Shown here in pieces: positions 44,974 to 52,837 of a stretch of 64,000 nucleotides of DNA. The position numbers and the translations under genes were made by a program. Below the pieces are notes generated by a model. That model searched no databases. It saw only the letters and a program-made list of their open reading frames with translations, and was not told where the DNA came from. Each line of letters opens with the position of its first letter. Within the stretch, counting starts at the first letter, position 1. The stretch comes from Polyangia bacterium. GTDB lineage: Bacteria; Myxococcota_A; Polyangia; Polyangiales; JAUICN01. Where the stretch lies: contig JAUICN010000013.1 of assembly GCA_030427835.1 (NCBI GenBank), positions 16,663-80,662 on the forward strand, given 5' to 3'.

Positions 44974-45675
44974 CTAGGGTGCGTTCGTTGTGCCGGGCGC
45001 CTGGTCCATGGCACGGGCATCCACACGCTTGCGAACCTCCGCCGTGGCCACTTCCAGATCCGCAACCTTTTGATGGGCCTGTAGGCGGGCCTGGGGAAGC
45101 GCTGGATCCAACAGGTCTGGGTGGGCTGTGGCAAATTCACCCATGGCGGTCCAGGCCTCGGTACGGCGTTCCCTTGGTACGTCGGTCATGAGCTCCAGGG
45201 TCTGGGCGACGCCCATGAGGCATCGGGCTTGCCACATCAGGGCCGCCTTATCCTCAGGTTGATCTCCCACGATCTGGGCGGAGCGCAGCGCGCAGTTGCG
45301 GTAGGTCGTCAGGGATTGGCCCAGTTCGCCCTTGGCACGCAACACCGTGGCCATGAGCCCGTAGGCGCGAGGGTCCCCCGGGTGTTGCTGTATGGCTTCC
45401 TGGAACGCTTGCACCGCGCCATCAAAATCCTGTGCCTGGGCCAGGCGCAGGCCACGTACGTCGGCAGGTAAGTTGTTTGCTGGCTCCCCCGTACCGCTGG
45501 ATTCCTTGGCGGCTGTTTCTAGGGCGGCGGTGCCCTGGGCGGTGCCTCTCTGGGCGGCACTTCCCTGGGCTACAGCTCCCTGCGCCGCGGCCTGGGCAGA
45601 CGCAAAGTTGGTTGAGGCCAATAGGAGGGCGCAAAAGAAAAAGGAAACCTTGTACGTGGGCTGGCGCATGGGCAC
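44974..45675 (-). CDS. Secreted TPR-repeat protein
   Basis: Signal peptide; TPR-like DFDGAVQAFQEAIQQHPGDPRAYGLMATVL. Confidence 0.7.
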   Translation of the reverse strand: MPMRQPTYKVSFFFCALLLASTNFASAQAAAQGAVAQGSAAQRGTAQGTAALETAAKESSGTGEPANNLPADVRGLRLAQAQDFDGAVQAFQEAIQQHPGDPRAYGLMATVLRAKGELGQSLTTYRNCALRSAQIVGDQPEDKAALMWQARCLMGVAQTLELMTDVPRERRTEAWTAMGEFATAHPDLLDPALPQARLQAHQKVADLEVATAEVRKRVDARAMDQAPGTTNAP

Positions 45676-45751
45676 AGGCTACTCCAGTGCTGCGTCACCC
45701 GCCACATGCGCACCACACATGCACCGCTTGGGAAGGTCTCGTTTGGAAGGT

Positions 45752-46597
45752 CTAGCGCTGTACGTGCACGCTGAAACTGGCGGGGTGGGCTGGCATGTTT
45801 TCAGAAAGGGATCGCAGTCTGAAAAGGCCAATGACGTTGTTTTTCGCGGGCTTTTGGAAGGGGTTCAGTTTGCCGGTCTGGCAGGCCACCTTGGCCTCGA
45901 TGACCCAACTGCCGCGCTGGCGGAGCTGGTTGCACCCGTTTCCTTCGGTGCGCTTGTTGCCCTCATTGCACTGGACCTTGAGACTCACCACCGAGCCCGC
46001 ACGGTCGTCGGTACAGTGGAAAAAGAGGTCACCCTCGTAATCGGTGAATTTGTCTCCATCGAACCGAACACGAACGGTGGGCTGATTGTTGGCAGAGGCG
46101 TTTACCACGTCGATTCGGTACCACTCGGTATCATGGTACTGAACGCACATGGGAGTCTCCTCGGAGGTGAACTTACGGTGGGCGTTCACGTCGAAGGGGG
46201 CCCAGGGCTCGGCCGCACTGGAGGAGGTGTTGTTGGGCTCGTGGGGGTCGGGGCATTCGTCGAGGCTGCCATCTCCACCATCCACTCCCGCGTCGGGTAT
46301 GGGGCCGCCCGCGTCACCCCAATTAGCAGCGTCGGGGCCGGTGTCCGCCACACCGCCGTCGAAGGGGTCCCCCTGGCCCAGGCCGGGGCTCACGGGTGCA
46401 GGCCCAAGGTCCGACGTACAGGCCACGGTGAGGGACGAGAGCAGCACCGCACATCCAATTGCCAAGGTCCCCTTGAACGGGCGAGGAATCGGGGGTGAAA
46501 CACTGTTGTCTCGGGGTACACGGTCGGGGGGAACAAACTGCACGGTAGGAGTAATGCAAGAACGAAACCAACCCCCATGGCCACTTATTGGTGCCAT
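45752..46597 (-). CDS. Hypothetical lipoprotein (DAG-rich linker, CPDPHEPNN...D.EWY module)
   Basis: Lipobox LTVAC, acidic DAG linker, Cys pairs. Start uncertain (ATG 46597 or GTG 46543). Confidence 0.65.
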   Translation of the reverse strand: MAPISGHGGWFRSCITPTVQFVPPDRVPRDNSVSPPIPRPFKGTLAIGCAVLLSSLTVACTSDLGPAPVSPGLGQGDPFDGGVADTGPDAANWGDAGGPIPDAGVDGGDGSLDECPDPHEPNNTSSSAAEPWAPFDVNAHRKFTSEETPMCVQYHDTEWYRIDVVNASANNQPTVRVRFDGDKFTDYEGDLFFHCTDDRAGSVVSLKVQCNEGNKRTEGNGCNQLRQRGSWVIEAKVACQTGKLNPFQKPAKNNVIGLFRLRSLSENMPAHPASFSVHVQR

Positions 46598-46760
46598 TTC
46601 CCTGGTTTTTCTGGATCGAGAAGAACATCGCAGGGGCATGGGAACCCCAGTTGTGGGGCCTGAACCCCACCCCCCACACCCCACCCGGGGAGCGTAGTCG
46701 CCACCCCGCCCCCCCAAAAAGCAGGTCCCGCAAACGAACCCGTACCATGCCACCTGCGCT

Positions 46761-46799
46761 GAAATCATTGATTTAATTTCGAACCTGGGTTGTTTTCAG
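46761..46799. repeat. Dispersed ~39-bp intergenic repeat, copy B; contains palindrome AAATCATTGATTT and AACCTGGGT core
   Basis: Aligns with 21869-21906 in inverted orientation with about 5 differences. Confidence 0.75.
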
Positions 46800-46801
46800 A
46801 C

Positions 46802-46832
46802 AAAAAAAGACCGGGAAAACCCGGCCTTCTTT
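46802..46832 (-). terminator. Intrinsic terminator
   Basis: Minus strand AAAGAAGGCCGGG-TTTT-CCCGGTC-TTTTTTT, downstream of 46868..47683. Confidence 0.8.
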
Positions 46833-46867
46833 GTTCCTCCTGCGGAGGCTTATCGTAGCCCTGGGGC

Positions 46868-47683
46868 CTAGAACACGCCTGCGTTCTTTTGAACGGTGAG
46901 CGCCGTGGGGATTGCAAAGCCTTCTCCGCTGTCAGAAGTAACGGCGATGGTCACACGGGCATTGTTCGCAACTCCACCAAAGAGACCCTTCTTCTTGCAC
47001 TTGGCCTCCGCCTTGAACTCAATCGGCTTAATCTCGACCGGATCTTTCCTTGTATTGATATCAACGGCTGCGTTCACGAGCTCACAACCAATCTCCACTC
47101 CATCCCGCTTGAGTACCTTGGATGCTCCGGGACAAGCGATATTGGTGACTCCAGTGGCATCCTCTTCGGTGCATTCAAAAATGGCCCGGACAGTGAACGT
47201 CTGATCCACGGCACCTGCGGGCGTCAGGAGCATGGTGACACGGGGTTTCGGGTCGTTTCCGGCACCGGTGTAACTCAGCACGTAGTAGTGGTCGTCGGAG
47301 CCTTCGAGGCAGAGATCTTTGGTTTCTTCGTACTTATTGCTTGTGGCAAAATCGTAGTTGCCCCAGTCGATGGCATCGAGGGGTTCCAGGTTGTCTTCTG
47401 GAATGCAGGCGGTGAGGGCAGAGCCGTCGGGGTCGCCGCCGTCTGTGCCACCGTCCACGCTGGCGTCGCCCGCATCACCGAGCCCAGCATCCGGAGTGTT
47501 GTTGTTCCCTGTGTCGGGGGTGTTGTTGTTTCCCGTGTCCCCGACAGAGCCGTCCGGGTCACCTTTGAAGGTGGGGCCTGGATCCTCGTTGCAACCGGCA
47601 GCCGCGAGGGCAAGCACGGCAACGGTAGAACAAAGGGCAACGTAGGAGCGTCGGTTCATGGGGACCTGTGTTGTGGCGAACAT
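46868..47683 (-). CDS. Hypothetical lipoprotein, probable distant paralog of 45752..46597
   Basis: Lipobox LAAAGC, duplicated DTGNNNTP linker, similar Cys spacing and EAK..C C-terminal segment. Confidence 0.7.
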   Translation of the reverse strand: MFATTQVPMNRRSYVALCSTVAVLALAAAGCNEDPGPTFKGDPDGSVGDTGNNNTPDTGNNNTPDAGLGDAGDASVDGGTDGGDPDGSALTACIPEDNLEPLDAIDWGNYDFATSNKYEETKDLCLEGSDDHYYVLSYTGAGNDPKPRVTMLLTPAGAVDQTFTVRAIFECTEEDATGVTNIACPGASKVLKRDGVEIGCELVNAAVDINTRKDPVEIKPIEFKAEAKCKKKGLFGGVANNARVTIAVTSDSGEGFAIPTALTVQKNAGVF

Positions 47684-47808
47684 TGTTTTTGTTTCCTTCC
47701 GGTTCGGCAGGGCCCCCTATTTGTAGGTGAACCCGCCTGTTTCCATTTTTCTTTCAGATGCGGTGTGCTTGATACGCCTCGTGTGAACAGGGCGCTGCTC
47801 AACTACAA

Positions 47809-47824
47809 AGCAACGTCCATGCCC
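47809..47824 (-). promoter_or_regulatory. sigma54-type promoter candidate
   Basis: gGGCATG-GACG-TTGCT, about 125 nt before ATG 47683. Confidence 0.45.
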
Positions 47825-47949
47825 AGAGGGGATGGCGGTAATTACGCCCTTTTTGGTTCAGGTCGAGGACAAAAACCAGGGTCTCTACACCCCACTTGCG
47901 CCCCACTGGGTGGTTTTGTCCCTGACAAGGTGCGTCATGGCCCACATTC

Positions 47950-48173
47950 GTACGCGGTCAGCGAGGTCTGTTTTCGTAGGGATCCGGTTTGTATTGAAGG
48001 AACCCCTGGAAGGAAGGGGTGCACCCTCCGTCAGCGGTTTAATTGGCGCTTCCTTCGGGCACACCCCTTCCTTCCAGGGGTTTTTCCGTACTTCAGGGTA
48101 TGGGAGCTCGCTCGTCTTCGGGAAGAAAGTGGGGTCTGTCGAGGAACGTAGAAAGACCCCGCTGACCGCGTAA
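47950..48173. mobile_element. MITE-like or structured ncRNA element (224 bp)
   Basis: 13-bp perfect inverted repeats (47951-47963 / 48160-48172) extending imperfectly to about 27 bp. Flanked by the 8-bp direct repeat CCACATTC (47942-47949, 48174-48181). Internal perfect 21-bp stem (48001-48021 / 48062-48082). Confidence 0.55.
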
Positions 48174-48199
48174 CCACATTCTACTTAGGGGGACCCAGC

Positions 48200-48898
48200 T
48201 CAGGGAGATGCCGTGAGGCGGTTGTAGCGATCGAGCACCTTCCAGACATAGCGCTGGGTGGAGGGGTAAGGAGGAATGCCGCCATGTTTGTCCACGGCGC
48301 CCTCGCCCGCATTGTAGGCTGCCAGGGACACGGGCCAATCCCCCTCAAATCGATGGAGCAGCCAGGCCAGGTAGCGGGTGCCGCCTCGGACGTTTTGCTG
48401 GGGGTTCAGGGAATTTTGCACGCCCATGGCCGCCGCCGTACGGGGCATAAGCTGCATGAGCCCCTGGGCGCCGGCGGGCGAAACGGCGTCCGGAACGCCG
48501 GCACTCTCCACCTGAATGACGGCGAGTATGAGGGGCACGGGGACGCCAAACTCCGCGGAGGCCGCGGTGGCCATGGCGTGCAGTCGATCCTGGGACAAGG
48601 GTGGGGTGGTGGAACGGCGGCGACGGGACACCCTGGATGGATGCCCTGATGGGGATTTTGCCCTGGATTGGGGCGAGAGCTCTCCGTAGGAATCCCGGGG
48701 GCGCGAACGGACCACACGGCTGCAGTGGCGGGCATGCCTACCCCTTGGCCGTTTGGTGGTGAAATGGCTGGTGCCTTCCGAGTCCACGCATTCGTAAATG
48801 TGCGCGTGGGCCCCGGGGGCCGAGAAAAGAGCCCCGAGCACAAGGGCGGATCCTACCAGGCCGTATGGGATTGCTGTTTTTGTGGGTCGAAGCGCCAT
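48200..48898 (-). CDS. Lytic transglycosylase (SLT) with N-terminal DUF4124-like segment
   Basis: Signal, IYECVD.EG..HFT, AVIQVES, AVSPAGAQGLMQLMP, AAYNAGEGAV, T..YV..V. Confidence 0.92.
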   Translation of the reverse strand: MALRPTKTAIPYGLVGSALVLGALFSAPGAHAHIYECVDSEGTSHFTTKRPRGRHARHCSRVVRSRPRDSYGELSPQSRAKSPSGHPSRVSRRRRSTTPPLSQDRLHAMATAASAEFGVPVPLILAVIQVESAGVPDAVSPAGAQGLMQLMPRTAAAMGVQNSLNPQQNVRGGTRYLAWLLHRFEGDWPVSLAAYNAGEGAVDKHGGIPPYPSTQRYVWKVLDRYNRLTASP

Positions 48899-48939
48899 GG
48901 GTGGGTCCAGCCTAGGGGGCCGTTGCGGATTCAGGGTAC

Positions 48940-49488
48940 ATGGGGATGCCCCGCGGGGCCAGAACCCCTATGTTGCGGCCCGACATGACTCCCTCCAAGT
49001 TCACTCCCCTGGGTACGCCACCTGCCGATACCCCCAGTTCTCCAACCACCTCCAGTGGAACACCCCAGGGGCCACGCCTATTCCTTTCGCGCCTGTTTGC
49101 GGGATTGCTGCAGGTCGGATTGGCGGCAGGGCTTGGCTCCGCCGTGGCCTGGGGTTTGCCTGCCCGGTGGCCTTCCATGGACGGGTGGCTGATCACATTG
49201 ACCGGCCTGGGCGTGCTTGGCGGCCTGGGATTGGTATGGGGGCACCCGATGGGCCGGCGCCTTTCGGCCGTGGCTTCGGTGGCGTGGTTGGTGAGCGGGT
49301 TGTTGCTGGTTACCCTGCTGAGCTTTTCTTCTAGCTACCTTGCGGGCCTCTATGGCCCCGTGGGGCAAGGCGGCGCTGCCCTGTTTGCGGTGGCCGCCCT
49401 GTTGGTGCTGGCCTATTTGGTGATTTTCCCGGTGGTCATTCTCTTTGCGTCGCGTACCCAGGCCCACGCCACCCCAGGAAAGGCCTAG
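48940..49488 (+). CDS. Small four-TM membrane protein
   Basis: Four hydrophobic segments; 5 bp from the downstream gene. Confidence 0.65.
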   Translation: MGMPRGARTPMLRPDMTPSKFTPLGTPPADTPSSPTTSSGTPQGPRLFLSRLFAGLLQVGLAAGLGSAVAWGLPARWPSMDGWLITLTGLGVLGGLGLVWGHPMGRRLSAVASVAWLVSGLLLVTLLSFSSSYLAGLYGPVGQGGAALFAVAALLVLAYLVIFPVVILFASRTQAHATPGKA

Positions 49489-49493
49489 GGCCC

Positions 49494-51389
49494 GTGCTGG
49501 GTTTGCTTCCGTTTCGGCTGGGCTTTCGGGGAACCGTGTTGGCACTGGTCCTGTGCTGGCTCACCGCGACCGCGATTTTCTCCTACGGGATTGCCGTTCG
49601 CGTGCGCACCCACGCGCCCGTCGCCACCTACCATGCCGATCAGGTTCTCGAGATGCTGGAATCGGCGCTATCGGAATCGATGCCGTCGGAATCGAGTGTG
49701 CCCACCGACACGGCGGCCTTGGTGGACATCTGGCGTGCCCCTGGAGTGGCGCCCATGTTTCTGGACCACTGGTGTGATGGCTCCCGCCAGTTTCGGGCCA
49801 ACCCCTACAGGGATAGGGAAACATCCCACAAGGAACTCACACGGTATCTGCGGCAGGACCTGCAACAGGACCTCCAGGGGCACCACCGCAAAACCTGCCA
49901 TTGGGTGGTAAGCGAACTGGGGGCACCACGGCCCATGTGGGGCAAGCCCAGGTGGCTGCGGCCTTTTTCATTGGTGCCCATGGTGGAAGGCATCCAGGCC
50001 CGTTTTGGCGCCGGCGTGGCGACCTTGCTTCCAGACGATCTTTGGGCCCTGGGGATCGCCCAGGGATCCCTACAAACGGGGCTTACCGAAGTGCGATTGG
50101 GCATGGACACCAATGCCGCGTTGGACGCCATGGCAAAAGAACTTTCAACCGATCGCGAAACCCTGCTGAGGGAGGGCGCGTTCATTCGGTCGCGCGTGCG
50201 GCGGCATTCCAGGGCCTTCGAGTTCCCGTTTCAGGGCCGCGCCACAGGTGAGCCACAACCGCCACTGACACCCGATCGACTTGAGGAGGCGGCCGTGGCT
50301 GGGGCTGAGTTCCTGTTGAGGCACCAGGCGGAGGCGGGCTTTTTTGCCTACGTCTACGATGGACGGAACAACCGGGTGGACAACGATGGCTACAACCTGA
50401 CGCGCCACGCGGGCTCGGCCTATTTTCTAGCGCAGGTTGCAGGGATCGCAGGGCACGCCGGCGCACTGCAAGGATCCCGACGCGCGCTGGAGTGGACCTA
50501 CAAACATTTTGCAAAACCCTGTGGGGAACACATGTGCATTTCCTCCTCGGATGGGACCGCGCGCCTGGGCGAAACCACCCTGACTGCCCTGGCCACCGCG
50601 GAGTTCATCCATGCAACGATCTTGCAAAACACACCCGCTCCCCGACGCACAAAGGAACGGTTGATTGGGCTCATGGCGTTTTTACAATCCCAACAACGCC
50701 AGGATGGGGAACTCATGCACGAGTACGACCTGGTGAACCGGGCGCCCATCGACGTGCAACACCTCTATTTCAGCGGGCAGGCCGCACTTGCGTTTGCCCG
50801 GGCGGCTTTGACCATGGAGGATCAACGCCAGGAATACCTTGCGGCCGCCAACCGCATTGTGACTCGACTGACCCAGGGCGGTTGGGACTTTTTTGGCAAC
50901 CAATACTACTTCGGCGAAGAACACTGGACGTGCCTTGCGGCAGGGGAGTTGGGTCCGAGTATGCTACCGGAGCGAGTGACCCGGGCGCGGGAGTTCTGTG
51001 CCAACTGGGCAGAGTTCGCCCGGAGCTACCAATACGGCCCTGGGGTCACGCCCTGGAGATCCGAAGGCCTCTATGGAATGGGGCCCATCATGGTGCCTCG
51101 CATTACGCCGACGTCGTCCAGAACGGAAGCGTTTATTTCAACCTGGGATCTTGAGAAGCACCACGGCACGGATCGAGACACTGCGGAATCCATCCGGCGC
51201 CAAATCGAAGCGGGCCTCCAGGGGTTGCTTCGTTACCAATGGACACCTGGGCCCGTTCACCTGTTTCGGGATCCCGCGGCGGCCCACGGGGGAATGCCAG
51301 GCAGCCCCGCCGAATTGTTTTCGCGCAACGACTACGTGCAACACGCCTGCAGCGCCATGATTCGATGGTCCCAGCGGCTACGGGAGTAG
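49494..51389 (+). CDS. Membrane-anchored protein with probable (alpha/alpha)-barrel C-terminal domain (possibly AMMECR1-associated family)
   Basis: FLLRHQ...G.F.Y.YD......YNL.RHAG..Y.L, FL.SQQ.QDG, helical repeats. Confidence 0.5.
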   Translation: MLGLLPFRLGFRGTVLALVLCWLTATAIFSYGIAVRVRTHAPVATYHADQVLEMLESALSESMPSESSVPTDTAALVDIWRAPGVAPMFLDHWCDGSRQFRANPYRDRETSHKELTRYLRQDLQQDLQGHHRKTCHWVVSELGAPRPMWGKPRWLRPFSLVPMVEGIQARFGAGVATLLPDDLWALGIAQGSLQTGLTEVRLGMDTNAALDAMAKELSTDRETLLREGAFIRSRVRRHSRAFEFPFQGRATGEPQPPLTPDRLEEAAVAGAEFLLRHQAEAGFFAYVYDGRNNRVDNDGYNLTRHAGSAYFLAQVAGIAGHAGALQGSRRALEWTYKHFAKPCGEHMCISSSDGTARLGETTLTALATAEFIHATILQNTPAPRRTKERLIGLMAFLQSQQRQDGELMHEYDLVNRAPIDVQHLYFSGQAALAFARAALTMEDQRQEYLAAANRIVTRLTQGGWDFFGNQYYFGEEHWTCLAAGELGPSMLPERVTRAREFCANWAEFARSYQYGPGVTPWRSEGLYGMGPIMVPRITPTSSRTEAFISTWDLEKHHGTDRDTAESIRRQIEAGLQGLLRYQWTPGPVHLFRDPAAAHGGMPGSPAELFSRNDYVQHACSAMIRWSQRLRE

Positions 51390-51450
51390 GACGTCTACGA
51401 AATTCACGGCGCTTCACTGAAAAGAGCGGCGCATTAACGCAGGACCTTCA

Positions 51451-51479
51451 TTGACAGGGATCCTTGCGGGAATTACAAG
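51451..51479 (+). promoter_or_regulatory. sigma70-type promoter of metK
   Basis: TTGACA-N17-TACAAG, followed by SD AAGGAG and ATG 51501. Confidence 0.55.
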
Positions 51480-51500
51480 CATTCGGTGAAGGAGAGCGGA

Positions 51501-52829
51501 ATGGGCAACTACGTGTTTACTTCAGAGTCGGTGACAGAAGGTCATCCGGACAAAATCTGCGATGCGGTGAGCGACGCTGTACTGGACGCGATTTTGGCAA
51601 AGGACGCGAGTGCGCGCGTGGCGGCGGAAACCATGGTGAAGACTGGGTTTGCCATTGTGGCCGGCGAGGTCACCACCACCGCCTGGATCGATTTGCCCAC
51701 GGTGGTGCGGGATACCATTCGCGACATTGGCTACACGGACTCGTCCATGGGCTTTGACGCGGACACCTGTGCGGTGATGAATGCCATTGAATCCCAGTCA
51801 CCCGATATCGCCCAGGGCGTTTCTGAGGGCGAAGGTCTCTACAAGGAACTGGGTGCCGGCGATCAAGGGTTGATGTTTGGCTATGCCTGCAACGATACCC
51901 GGGCGCTCATGCCCGCCCCCATCTACTACGCACACCGCATGAGCAAGCGACTGGCCAAGGTACGTAAGGATGGAACCCTCCCCTGGCTGCGCCCGGATGG
52001 TAAAACCCAGGTCACCATTGAATACGTGGACGGCAAGCCCTCCCGCGTGGAGTCTGTGGTGCTTTCCACCCAGCACTCGGAGGATATTTCACGCAAGGCC
52101 CTGATCGCCGCCATTCGTGAAGAGGTGATTGAAAATGTCATTCCCGCCAAGATGCTGGATCGGAAGACCCGCTATTGGATCAACCCCACGGGGCGTTTTG
52201 TGGTGGGTGGCCCCTACGGCGACGCGGGCCTGACGGGCCGCAAGATTATTGTGGATACCTACGGGGGCATGGGCCGGCACGGTGGTGGCGCATTTAGTGG
52301 TAAGGACCCCACAAAGGTGGACCGAAGTGCCTGTTACTTCGCTCGCTATGTGGCCAAGAACATTGTGGCCGCCAAGCTTGCGGAGCGCTGCGAGGTGCAG
52401 GTGGCCTATGCCATCGGTGTGGCCAAGCCCATGGGTGTGTATGTGACCACCTTCGGCACCGGTGTGGTGGAAGACGAGAAGATCGCCCGGGCCGTGGAGC
52501 GCATGTTTGATTTTCGCCCCGCTTCGATCATCGAAACCCTCAATCTTCTGCGCCCCATCTACCGAAACACGGCCGCCTACGGCCACTTTGGGCGTACGGA
52601 AAAGAGCTTCACCTGGGAGAAAACCGATCGGGCAGAGGAACTGGCTTCCTTGCTTTCTCCTTCCAGGCGTAGGCCTTCTTCGATTCCGCCTTCGGCCGAA
52701 CGGGTCACCTCCGGTGACGCCCCTAAAAATGGCAAGGCCAATGGCAGCAAGGCCAACGGCAGCAAGGCCAACGGCAGCAAGACAAGCAGCCGTCGAGCGA
52801 ACGGGCGGACGGCGCGAGCCAGCCTGTAA
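51501..52829 (+). CDS. metK: S-adenosylmethionine synthetase with low-complexity C-terminal tail
   Basis: [57 protein letters not shown]. Confidence 0.98.
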   Translation: MGNYVFTSESVTEGHPDKICDAVSDAVLDAILAKDASARVAAETMVKTGFAIVAGEVTTTAWIDLPTVVRDTIRDIGYTDSSMGFDADTCAVMNAIESQSPDIAQGVSEGEGLYKELGAGDQGLMFGYACNDTRALMPAPIYYAHRMSKRLAKVRKDGTLPWLRPDGKTQVTIEYVDGKPSRVESVVLSTQHSEDISRKALIAAIREEVIENVIPAKMLDRKTRYWINPTGRFVVGGPYGDAGLTGRKIIVDTYGGMGRHGGGAFSGKDPTKVDRSACYFARYVAKNIVAAKLAERCEVQVAYAIGVAKPMGVYVTTFGTGVVEDEKIARAVERMFDFRPASIIETLNLLRPIYRNTAAYGHFGRTEKSFTWEKTDRAEELASLLSPSRRRPSSIPPSAERVTSGDAPKNGKANGSKANGSKANGSKTSSRRANGRTARASL

Positions 52830-52837
52830 CCTTCACC

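Noticed and set aside
45392-48151. Long plus-strand ORFs 45392..46498 and 46889..48151, and similar long antisense ORFs (e.g. 9354..10361, 12108..13073, 32377..33480)
   Set aside because: Antisense shadows of well-supported genes in high-GC DNA, with no recognisable motifs.
47950-48173. Assignment as 6S RNA, SRP RNA, a riboswitch (c-di-AMP, FMN, fluoride) or a functional retron
   Set aside because: Only fragmentary motif resemblances (CCGTCAGC, GAAGGAAGC, CTTCAGGG). The bubble is too asymmetric for 6S and there is no reverse transcriptase in the window. Kept as an unassigned structured element.
51390-51500. SAM riboswitch upstream of metK
   Set aside because: No SAM-I/II motif recognised, and the sigma70-like promoter leaves only a short leader.
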